Part shown: positions 1 to 6,817 of the stretch, piece after piece
How positions within the stretch are numbered: the first letter of the stretch is position 1
Layout: each line of letters opens with the position of its first letter
DNA from: a virus
Lineage: Duplodnaviria; Heunggongvirae; Uroviricota; Caudoviricetes
DNA length: 8,048 nt
IMG/VR virus record: IMGVR_UViG_2681813273_000001
Reading direction: 5' to 3' (one strand)
Position numbers and translations under genes: made by a program
Notes under the pieces: generated by a model
Seen by the model: only the letters and a program-made list of their open reading frames with translations
What the model was told of the DNA's origin: nothing
Databases searched by the model: none

Positions 1-63
1 CCTCAAAAACACCATCATACACTAAATCAGTAAGTTGGCAGCATCACCTCATTCGTCTGTTCC

Positions 64-570
64 TTAAATCTTCCAGGAAATTTCTGCATTGCCGTCAGCA
101 TCACCGGCACCTGTGAATTCAGCGTTGGTCAGCACCACGTTTTTGCCACTGACTGACGTGGACATGAATCCACCCAGCGGCACTTTGATGGATTCATCAG
201 TGGAGACGACAACGTATACCGGATCGCCTTTTTTGATAGTGCTGGCATCAAAATCAGAACCGAGATTAACGGTCACGTAGCCACGCTTCATGGCGTCGCC
301 CGGGAAGTTCTTGCCTGTTCCCACCTGGCGAACCATGTCCGGCTGCGACGTGGTCGGATAAGGGCGCACGTAGATCCCCTTCACCTTGTCTGCGGTATCA
401 CCATCTGCCAGCGGCACGAAAAAACCGTCATCATCGTATTTACCAGCCAGGCCATAGGCAGCGAAGGCGTTATCGGATTTAAGGACCACCGGTTCGACGG
501 TTAAGTCCTGCGGGCGAGAGACAGCCCCGGCAATGCCAACAGGCATCCGGTACAGAAATACATTATTCAT
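64..570 (-). CDS. Hypothetical phage head-module protein (168 aa); possibly a small capsid-associated or decoration-type protein
   Basis: Seen: complete ORF, ATG at 570..568, TAA at 66..64, AAGGG-like RBS just upstream, start 4 nt downstream of the preceding gene's stop (574). Inference: its position after the scaffold-like gene in an SPP1-like head module suggests a structural role; the major capsid gene is presumably off-window to the left. I do not recognise the family with certainty. Confidence 0.5.
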   Translation of the reverse strand: MNNVFLYRMPVGIAGAVSRPQDLTVEPVVLKSDNAFAAYGLAGKYDDDGFFVPLADGDTADKVKGIYVRPYPTTSQPDMVRQVGTGKNFPGDAMKRGYVTVNLGSDFDASTIKKGDPVYVVVSTDESIKVPLGGFMSTSVSGKNVVLTNAEFTGAGDADGNAEISWKI

Positions 571-573
571 TTT

Positions 574-1794
574 TTACCCTTTACGGTTTGCCCAGAATTC
601 AGCGTTTTGTTTGTTCAGGGAAGCGATACTGGTCATGCCCATGTTTAGGCGCTGTGCATCGCCGGTGGTGGCGCGGGTGTTTCGCCCTTTGGCAACCTCA
701 GACACGGCATTAAACGCCATGTCGACCGATTGTTTCGGTAATTTGCGGATATCCGCATCACCGACTATCTGGCGAACCAGCGTTTTGTCAGCAGAAGCCA
801 GAACCTCGCGTTTGAACGCGGTCGGTTTCATCTTACGGCTCAGATCGATACCCGGAACGATAACTTCGGCACGCCAGGCTGAGTCACCAGTAATCGTGGT
901 TTCCTCTTCATCGTCCTCGCCGTCACCGGTCGGATTATCGTCAGGCTTATTATCGTTATCGCCCGTGGCATTTCTTTCCAGCTTAGCCAGCAGGGCTTTC
1001 AGTAATGTTTTGAGGTCATCATCACTGTCGCCGGTTGGATCTCCGCCCATCTCTGGTGCTTTGTCCGGTAGTGGTTGCTGCGGGGACAGGTTGATGTTGA
1101 GATTAACGCCCTGCGGCAAATCCCCCTCATCTCCTGTAACCGATGCGGGAGCCGACTCCACCAGTTCGTTCATGGTGTCGGCATCTCCTGTCTTGATGGC
1201 CGCACGCATGCGGTTCCACCAGTTTTTCTTTTGATTTGCCATTGTGTCTCTGTCTCCAATTGCACAACGATTTCCGGCTCTGCCTTTAGGGACAAGAGCC
1301 ACATGGTTTCCGGTAATATCGACCTGCTCGGCTTTACCTGGCTCGGTCTGCTCGTACTCCGCGTCATAGCCGCACGACACTTCGCGCAGGCCATCTTCGA
1401 TAAGCTGAATGGCGCTTTCGTCTTTGACGATAAGGTCAGCCAGCATCAAATCAGACTGCTCACCCGTCCCGCGCCGGACATTCTGGAGGTGCCCGACAGC
1501 AAGCTCTTTCCAGTTCTCGGGATTTACCAGCCGCACATTCCCGTTTTCATCTTCAGGATGCAGGATCGTGATGCTCATCCCTTCGAATGAGGCAAGCGTG
1601 GCCGGATGGAATACCTGCTCAGGAGAACGCGTGACGACTATTTCACCGAACTTATCGGGTTTCAGTTTTGGCAGGTCATCAGCACCATAGAGCTGCTTAC
1701 CTGTTCGTCCTATCGGCACGTCTTTGCACAGCAACGAGCCGTCAGCCAGGCGGTATCGGGTTTCCCCGAGCCTGGTCTCAAAAAAGTATTTCAT
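574..1794 (-). CDS. Putative head scaffolding / prohead-maturation protein (406 aa) with a highly acidic low-complexity central region
   Basis: Seen: complete ORF, ATG at 1794..1792 only 4 nt after the upstream gene's TAA (1798..1800), TAA at 576..574. N-terminal ~185 aa look globular; residues ~200-300 are D/E/G/T/P-rich with recurring TGD tripeptides. Inference: an acidic, flexible protein between the head-morphogenesis gene and the structural genes is typical of scaffolding proteins; my recollection that the N-terminal domain resembles DUF2213-type phage proteins is weak. Confidence 0.55.
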   Translation of the reverse strand: MKYFFETRLGETRYRLADGSLLCKDVPIGRTGKQLYGADDLPKLKPDKFGEIVVTRSPEQVFHPATLASFEGMSITILHPEDENGNVRLVNPENWKELAVGHLQNVRRGTGEQSDLMLADLIVKDESAIQLIEDGLREVSCGYDAEYEQTEPGKAEQVDITGNHVALVPKGRAGNRCAIGDRDTMANQKKNWWNRMRAAIKTGDADTMNELVESAPASVTGDEGDLPQGVNLNINLSPQQPLPDKAPEMGGDPTGDSDDDLKTLLKALLAKLERNATGDNDNKPDDNPTGDGEDDEEETTITGDSAWRAEVIVPGIDLSRKMKPTAFKREVLASADKTLVRQIVGDADIRKLPKQSVDMAFNAVSEVAKGRNTRATTGDAQRLNMGMTSIASLNKQNAEFWANRKG

Positions 1795-1797
1795 GGG

Positions 1798-2580
1798 TTA
1801 TGCTGCCCTTTTCATTGCGAATGGAACGCGAACAAACACGATCTCTTTATAGCAGCGGCAGTTTGGCAGCTCGCCCGCGTGGCCGGTCATGCCGTCCAAA
1901 GTTGGAGGTGAATCCCAGCGGACGAATTTACCTTTCATGTGATCGTGGGAATCTCGGACATCGCCATCATCGGCTGTACGCCAAATATAACCATCCGAGC
2001 CAATAGCTATCGCTCGGGCCATATCCAGCGCGCCCGTTGCTCTTCCCAGTTCCGTTCGGGCAATCAGATCGGCCCTAGACTTAGCAACATCGCCGGTAGA
2101 TGCAATCTCTTTAGCAAACTGCTCCGCCCGACCACCGGTGACAACAGCCTCTATCGCTTTGTTCTGGATGTCGTACACCCTGTCTGCGGCCTCGAGAGGC
2201 AGAGATTTGATGTACTTGACCTGTTCGGCGATGATGGATTGCATCACCTGGCCCACAGGAGCGCTTTCCACAAGATTGCGGAGCTCGCGACTGATGTTCT
2301 TGCTGTGTTGCCGCCAAACTTTCTCGTTCTGCCGGGTTAGGTCCGCAGTAAAGTTTTCCGCGACCTTTGTCGCCCAGGGGGTGATGATTTCACTGTAACG
2401 CTCCAGCGCCGCAATAATTTCCGTGATACTGTCATTTGAACCATCGTAGCGACCATTTACGATGTCTCCGACCGCCCTCGCTATCCTGCGTAGGCTGGTT
2501 CGATACCGGATTTCCGCCTGACGGCTCCTGCGGTTCGTCATCAGGTTCGCCGATGCCGGGCGGCGCTTCATCTTCGGCAT
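1798..2580 (-). CDS. Phage head morphogenesis protein, SPP1 gp7 / Mu F-like minor head protein (260 aa)
   Basis: Seen: ORF with ATG at 2580..2578 preceded by GAGGA about 8 nt upstream; TAA at 1800..1798. The motif region (ARTELGRA ... NCRC) and the position directly after the portal gene match the Mu F / SPP1 gp7 family (established family knowledge, recalled not searched). The start is uncertain: ATG also at 2571 and 2541, and no ATG/GTG/TTG exists in this frame between 2541 and 2435, so the gene overlaps the portal 3' end by at least 110 nt. Confidence 0.75.
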   Translation of the reverse strand: MPKMKRRPASANLMTNRRSRQAEIRYRTSLRRIARAVGDIVNGRYDGSNDSITEIIAALERYSEIITPWATKVAENFTADLTRQNEKVWRQHSKNISRELRNLVESAPVGQVMQSIIAEQVKYIKSLPLEAADRVYDIQNKAIEAVVTGGRAEQFAKEIASTGDVAKSRADLIARTELGRATGALDMARAIAIGSDGYIWRTADDGDVRDSHDHMKGKFVRWDSPPTLDGMTGHAGELPNCRCYKEIVFVRVPFAMKRAA

Positions 2581-3514
2581 TCTCGATGTCCTCGTCGGTA
2601 ATGGATGCCCCGATGCCGGTTACGTCAGAATTTTCTCGCAAATCAGTCATAGCGGCTTTCAGTGTCATCAGACCATCACCCAGCGCCGTACTGATTGCGT
2701 TGGTGGTGTTTAACGCCACCGTTGAGCGATCGACATCAGACATTTGCCAGAGCGGGTTAAACTCAAACGTGAAATCGTCCGGCAGCGGCTTGCCAAGTTC
2801 CGAACGATGCATGATGTCCAGTATCCGCCGCACCGGAAGACGTAAACGCCTCTCCTGCAACGAACTGATGCGATCGTAATAGTTGGCAAGGTCTGCATCA
2901 CCGGTAGAAAATCCTTTCGGGGACTGTCCGAACAACCGCACCAGTGGGATACCAACAGCGCCACTAATCTGTTCTACAAACTGCGAAAGGATGTCATCCA
3001 GACCACTGAAGCTGTACTGATGGGTTTCAAACTTATCCCGCGAGTCCATGAGCGTCATGCCTTCATTACTCTGGAACTGTCGAATCAGGTCGATATTCTT
3101 CAGCAACGCTTCATACGCAGGACCACCAAGTGCGATAAGCTCGCGTAGCTTCTCCACGCTGTAGGTACGCAAATGCGCCTTGTAGACCAGCTGCGCCGCG
3201 CCGACAGTAGCGCTGTCGAACGCGGTAAGACGATCCCAGATACGCTCTACAACCGACATTCCCCATTCGTTCTCGGTCATCTTCTGCTGAAATGGCAACG
3301 TGACGCCATCAAAGCGAATCAGGCGACTGTGATGAATGCGCCAGGCAGGAATTCCCGTTGCTGTGGTCACCACATCGTAAAACTCAGGTTTACCCAGGTC
3401 CGGCCCCATATCTTTAATGCGGCGGGTCAGTGCCGGGTCGACCATCCAGCGGTCGAGCGGGAGAATCCCCTTAAACTTGCCCTTACCGATGGTTTCGGGT
3501 CGCAGCGGGGTCAT
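2432..3514 (-). CDS. Phage portal protein (SPP1 gp6-like), longest uninterrupted segment of the portal reading frame (360 codons)
   Basis: Seen: ORF from ATG 3514..3512 to TGA 2434..2432, with an acidic C-terminal tail (DEDIENAEDEAPPGIGEPDDEPQEP...) typical of portal proteins. Position immediately downstream of the large terminase. The same frame continues upstream to an ATG at 3898 but crosses two TAG codons (see next feature). Confidence 0.75.
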   Translation of the reverse strand: MTPLRPETIGKGKFKGILPLDRWMVDPALTRRIKDMGPDLGKPEFYDVVTTATGIPAWRIHHSRLIRFDGVTLPFQQKMTENEWGMSVVERIWDRLTAFDSATVGAAQLVYKAHLRTYSVEKLRELIALGGPAYEALLKNIDLIRQFQSNEGMTLMDSRDKFETHQYSFSGLDDILSQFVEQISGAVGIPLVRLFGQSPKGFSTGDADLANYYDRISSLQERRLRLPVRRILDIMHRSELGKPLPDDFTFEFNPLWQMSDVDRSTVALNTTNAISTALGDGLMTLKAAMTDLRENSDVTGIGASITDEDIENAEDEAPPGIGEPDDEPQEPSGGNPVSNQPTQDSEGGRRHRKWSLRWFK

Positions 3515-3898
3515 TGGTGCCTACCCCTCAATCATGATGAAACCCACCGCGCCGCCGTAGAGGCGCGACCATTTCAGCACGTCATTCAGCGCATCCCAGA
3601 TTTGCAACTCATCCAGTTGTGATTCGAGAATGCCACGATCTTTTGCATCAATTTCCGAAGTGATGCGAATGCCTTTGCGGGTCATATCATCCGGGATAGC
3701 ATCGACTGCTTCGCCGATGATCTAGGATGAACGATAGGACCATTCCACCAGCATGCGGTTACGACTGGTGAAATTAGCCCGGTAGGTGGATGCTGAGTGC
3801 TGGTTAGGTGTCTGCATCCCTACGCGGGCAATAAAATTCTCATAACCATCAGCTGTGGCCTGCACAGTTCGCCGCAGGGCTTGTTTGTTTCGTGCCAT
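3515..3898 (-). pseudogene. N-terminal part of the portal reading frame, separated from the rest by two in-frame TAG (amber) codons at 3724..3722 and 3523..3521
   Basis: Seen by hand translation: ATG at 3898..3896 overlaps the large-terminase TGA (ATGA); frame reads MARNKQ...EWSYRSS-TAG-IIGEAVDAIPDDMTRKG...GFIMIEG-TAG-APMTPLRPE... and is the same frame as the 2432..3514 ORF, with no frameshift. Full frame 3898..2432 is 489 codons, which fits portal proteins of this type (~500 aa). Inference: either a genuinely disrupted portal gene, amber mutations, or base-call errors. Confidence 0.65.
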
Positions 3899-5307
3899 CA
3901 GGCCTGTCTCCCCAGCTGTTCCCAGATATCCAGCGATGTATCGATTGGCGCGAAGGCCATAATGAATGCATCAGCAACGTTTGGTGACGGTATCTCGCGT
4001 TTTGCGAGGTCTTTTTTACTTTCGACCATCACACGTCCGTTACGGTCGAAATCACGATGAGGTGTTGTCAGTTCCAGTTTCAGCTTTTCAAGCAACGGAC
4101 AACGAGAATCTATGCTGATCAGCTCATCCACAGGATACTGTTCTCCGTTGTTAATGGCGTTAAACGTATTTCTGAAACGGTCAGCCACCAGCCACCATGC
4201 CTGAGCCTTAAGATTTGCGAAAAAGTCTTTGTTGGGGATGCCGTTGTACTCGTCATCTGGCTCATGCACACCAGCACCGGCGTTAAACCTCTGGTAATTC
4301 ACACGTCGCGCGTATGCGTTCTCGCTCTTCNTCTTCCGGTCAGCGTTAATTTCAGAGAATTTAGCACCGGCAGACGCACCAACACCGATAGAGTCGTAAA
4401 CAATATCTGCTTCACGCTCCAGCGCCGCCTGATAAGTACGCTGGCAGCTCTTCAGTAATTCATCTTCTTTGGCCTTCCATTCGTCGGCCCAGAAAACAAC
4501 GGATCCGTGACGGTAAACGTTAGCGCACTTATCTGTACCACTGTCAGCCACGTCAAAGCCAATACGCTTTCTTCCACTGGGTTCGAAATTTAACGTTTTG
4601 TGCGCATCCACTGCGGCTTCTATCCAAGACAGTTTGATGATTGCCGCATCATCATCAGACTCCGGAACGCCCTCATACACATGTTTAAAACCATCCGGAT
4701 CACGGCGTCGCGCCGCGTCGATAACCTTAAGCATGGTGTCAGACAGAAACGGATTTTCGTCATAGTTAATTTTGCGGATGAGAGTGCCTTCGGGCGGATC
4801 AACAACGAAGTTGCGCCAGACGAAATCAGTAACAAGTCCGGGGTTGAATATGAACCAGCATTCCGAACCCTCTTTACGGATCGTTGGCTCCAGAATTTTC
4901 CACTGGTATTCCGTCAGTGCGTGGGCTTCTTCCAGCCACAACACATCGATCCCCTCCAGTGACTTAATTTCTTCGATGTTGCGCCATAATCCATAAAAAA
5001 CAAATTCCGAGCCAGTAACCCGGTTAATGATTTTGTTGTTCAGAATACGGAAACGGTGCCGCAGACCAAACCTGTCTATCTGAATTTTGAGCAGGGTATA
5101 CACCGACTCTTCGATTTTATTCTGGATCTGACGGGCACAACAAAAACGCAGGGTGTATTTATTCGACAGAAATATGGCAATGCCAGCGGCATCCCATGAT
5201 TTTGACGATGACCGACCACCATAAAGCACTTTGTTACGTGCCCGCATAGTCCAGAAACTACGTAAAGCCGGATTCAGCGTCGGTTTGGATGTCAGAGTAG
5301 AAGTCAT
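3898..5307 (-). CDS. Terminase large subunit (PBSX/SPP1-type, Terminase_3-like ATPase-nuclease)
   Basis: Seen: long ORF ending TGA 3900..3898. Walker-A-like VLYGGRSSSKSWD near the N-terminus, Walker-B-like IDVLWLEEAH, and a C-terminal acidic nuclease-like region (GFDVADSG, DAFIMAF). Start chosen at ATG 5307..5305 (MTSTLTSKP...) with GGAGAG about 10 nt upstream; alternative ATGs at 5334, 5331, 5325 and 5247 cannot be excluded. Contains an ambiguous base (n at 4321). Confidence 0.85.
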   Translation of the reverse strand: MTSTLTSKPTLNPALRSFWTMRARNKVLYGGRSSSKSWDAAGIAIFLSNKYTLRFCCARQIQNKIEESVYTLLKIQIDRFGLRHRFRILNNKIINRVTGSEFVFYGLWRNIEEIKSLEGIDVLWLEEAHALTEYQWKILEPTIRKEGSECWFIFNPGLVTDFVWRNFVVDPPEGTLIRKINYDENPFLSDTMLKVIDAARRRDPDGFKHVYEGVPESDDDAAIIKLSWIEAAVDAHKTLNFEPSGRKRIGFDVADSGTDKCANVYRHGSVVFWADEWKAKEDELLKSCQRTYQAALEREADIVYDSIGVGASAGAKFSEINADRKXKSENAYARRVNYQRFNAGAGVHEPDDEYNGIPNKDFFANLKAQAWWLVADRFRNTFNAINNGEQYPVDELISIDSRCPLLEKLKLELTTPHRDFDRNGRVMVESKKDLAKREIPSPNVADAFIMAFAPIDTSLDIWEQLGRQA

Positions 5308-6022
5308 TGAGGTCACGCTCTCCATTGCCATCATCAATACCTGCATCACGGCGAAGACGATCAGCCTCCAGAGACACCTTATCAGTGGCGGCCTTGCGGT
5401 AGGCTGTATCAGCAAATATTTTTCCTACCGTCGCAAGCGTGCCAACGATGGACTCAATACGAACTGTATTGCGCATCATTGCTTTCTCGGCGGCGCTGAT
5501 ATTTTCAATCAGCATCTTCCTTTCCTGGTCCCCATTAGCATCTTCCAGCGACACCAACCACCGACCAATATTCTCTGCAGCGACAAGGTTGTTAGCACGA
5601 AGGCGAAATAATTCGTCCTCGAGCGTCAACGCTTTAGCGTCCTCTATCACCTCATCTTTGAGCAGAAGGCGACGGGCATAACCACCGTGTTTTAATGCCT
5701 GCTGGTTACCGGGTTGGAATGGGTTAGTCGGGGGATCGGTACGCATTCCGCGTATCGGTTTCGTATCCGGTGTAGATTCTGTTTTTAGTTGCGTACTTTT
5801 TTGTGTAAGGCCAGTAATGGCAGGCTTTCTGCTGGTACGCACTTTCCTTTTTTGCGTACCATTTTTGCAAACCTGCGTACCGCCACTGCGTGCCCAACCA
5901 AGCTTTTTGGCCCTCTTCCTGATAGCCCCTTCTGTAACGCCGTATTTCTCGCCTATATCACGGAGGCTAAGGACTCCGGCCCGGTATGCCGATTCGATGG
6001 CCTCCCAGTCCGGTTTTGCCAT
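5258..6022 (-). CDS. Terminase small subunit with N-terminal helix-turn-helix (254 aa)
   Basis: Seen: ATG at 6022..6020 with AGGAAG 6-7 nt upstream; TAG at 5260..5258. N-terminus MAKPDWEAIESAYRAGVLSLRDIGEKYGVTEGAIRKRAKKLGW matches the HTH-type N-terminal pattern common to small terminase subunits (recalled). Located immediately upstream of, and overlapping, the large terminase gene. Confidence 0.75.
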   Translation of the reverse strand: MAKPDWEAIESAYRAGVLSLRDIGEKYGVTEGAIRKRAKKLGWARSGGTQVCKNGTQKRKVRTSRKPAITGLTQKSTQLKTESTPDTKPIRGMRTDPPTNPFQPGNQQALKHGGYARRLLLKDEVIEDAKALTLEDELFRLRANNLVAAENIGRWLVSLEDANGDQERKMLIENISAAEKAMMRNTVRIESIVGTLATVGKIFADTAYRKAATDKVSLEADRLRRDAGIDDGNGERDLNDFYSDIQTDAESGFT

Positions 6023-6219
6023 GATTATGCTTCCTGTGATTTACTGTTATCGCTGCCTGTCACAATAGGTTGCTTTAATTCTTCCTCATCACTCACTCCT
6101 GCGACGCTCCGTGGCAGGGCCCCCCACAGGAGTACCTTGTAAATGTAAGGTGTTTAAGCCTAAATTAAGTCGTATCACGGTTAAATAGCAAAGAAAAATT
6201 CACAGAAGGAAAGACATTG

Positions 6220-6729
6220 ATGGAGTGGATAAATGCTTTGATGAACTATTTTGTACTTCATCCATATCGCCTATGGGGGCTTCTTTTTATAATAGCGTTC
6301 ACAAAATCCACTTTACTCATTTCGGCGATATTGCCACCAGCATCAATTATGATGGCCACTGTAATTACAGTCAGCAAGACGACTCTTTCACCATGGGAAG
6401 CTGGAATCACGGTCATGAGTGGCGCATGGTGCGGTACTATCGTTAATTACCATCTTGGTATAATAATTGGGCATATCCCTCAACTTGCATGTATAATATC
6501 AAGCCGTTCCAATACAATAGAACGGGTTCGCCTTCAGTTGCAAAATAACTCTGTGTCAATACTTTTCACTTCGCGCTTTATCGCCGTGCTGCGTTATATT
6601 GCTCCTTTGGTGGCAGGAATGTTGCAACTTCATCCAGTGAAAGTGTATACAGTGAGTCTGATTTCAGCTGCTAGCTGGTCAGCACTTTATGTTGGTAGTT
6701 TTAGCTTCGTGTTGCCTTTTTTTAGCTAA
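6220..6729 (+). CDS. DedA-family (SNARE-associated/TVP38-like) small inner-membrane protein; prophage moron (169 aa from ATG 6220)
   Basis: Seen: ATG at 6220 (the ORF track starts at an in-frame TTG at 6217), GAAGGA RBS about 10 nt upstream, TAA at 6727..6729. About four hydrophobic segments. Motifs GTIVNYHLGIIIG and SRFIAVLRYIAPLVAGM closely resemble the E. coli DedA signature motifs (G.AVNY..GR and RF.P..R...P.VAGM), recalled from memory. Visibly AT-richer than flanking phage genes and on the opposite strand to the late operon. Confidence 0.6.
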   Translation: MEWINALMNYFVLHPYRLWGLLFIIAFTKSTLLISAILPPASIMMATVITVSKTTLSPWEAGITVMSGAWCGTIVNYHLGIIIGHIPQLACIISSRSNTIERVRLQLQNNSVSILFTSRFIAVLRYIAPLVAGMLQLHPVKVYTVSLISAASWSALYVGSFSFVLPFFS

Positions 6730-6817
6730 ACTGCCCATAAAAAGCTCTTGCGAATCCAGCTTCCCCCATTCCTCTGACAACAGAATCTGATTTGAAGGAT
6801 AATGAGTAAAATTACCG

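Noticed and set aside
2405-2435. ATG at 2435..2433 overlapping the portal TGA (ATGA), which looked like a coupled start for the next gene.
   Set aside because: Hand translation from this ATG gives only a 32-codon ORF in the wrong frame for the Mu-F-like protein, so it is not the head-morphogenesis start.
4321-4321. Single ambiguous base (n) inside the large terminase gene, giving an X in the translation.
   Set aside because: A base-calling ambiguity, not a biological feature; the reading frame is intact around it.
533-5611. Plus-strand ORFs in the track that lie antisense to the minus-strand head and packaging genes (533..1234, 1075..1590, 1409..1690, 1606..1911, 1668..2006, 1939..2340, 2138..2398, 2436..2879, 3173..3622, 3797..4060, 4057..4458, 4600..4962, 4772..4996, 5231..5611, 5439..5681), plus minus-strand internal ORFs 1170..1394, 2111..2317, 2710..2964 and 4620..4835.
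   Set aside because: Each is embedded in or antisense to a longer ORF with clear phage-family features and tight gene-to-gene coupling. Their translations are low-complexity (Ser/Arg/Pro/Cys-rich), typical of shadow frames in coding DNA, and none has a convincing RBS.
5789-6142. Plus-strand ORFs 5789..6142 and 5817..6068 running from the small terminase 5' end into the intergenic region; considered as possible small regulators.
   Set aside because: Mostly antisense to the small terminase N-terminal HTH coding region, with no RBS and improbable Cys/Pro/Phe-rich composition.
6225-6446. 73-aa plus-strand ORF overlapping the DedA-like gene in another frame.
   Set aside because: Alternate-frame shadow of the DedA-like ORF; the DedA frame has the recognisable motifs, the RBS and the hydrophobic segments.
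6730-6817. Convergent intergenic region between the DedA-like and Rz stops, examined for a bidirectional intrinsic terminator.
   Set aside because: Only short imperfect inverted repeats (aagct...agctt with an ~11-nt loop; ccaa...ttgg) without a following T-run, so no terminator is claimed.
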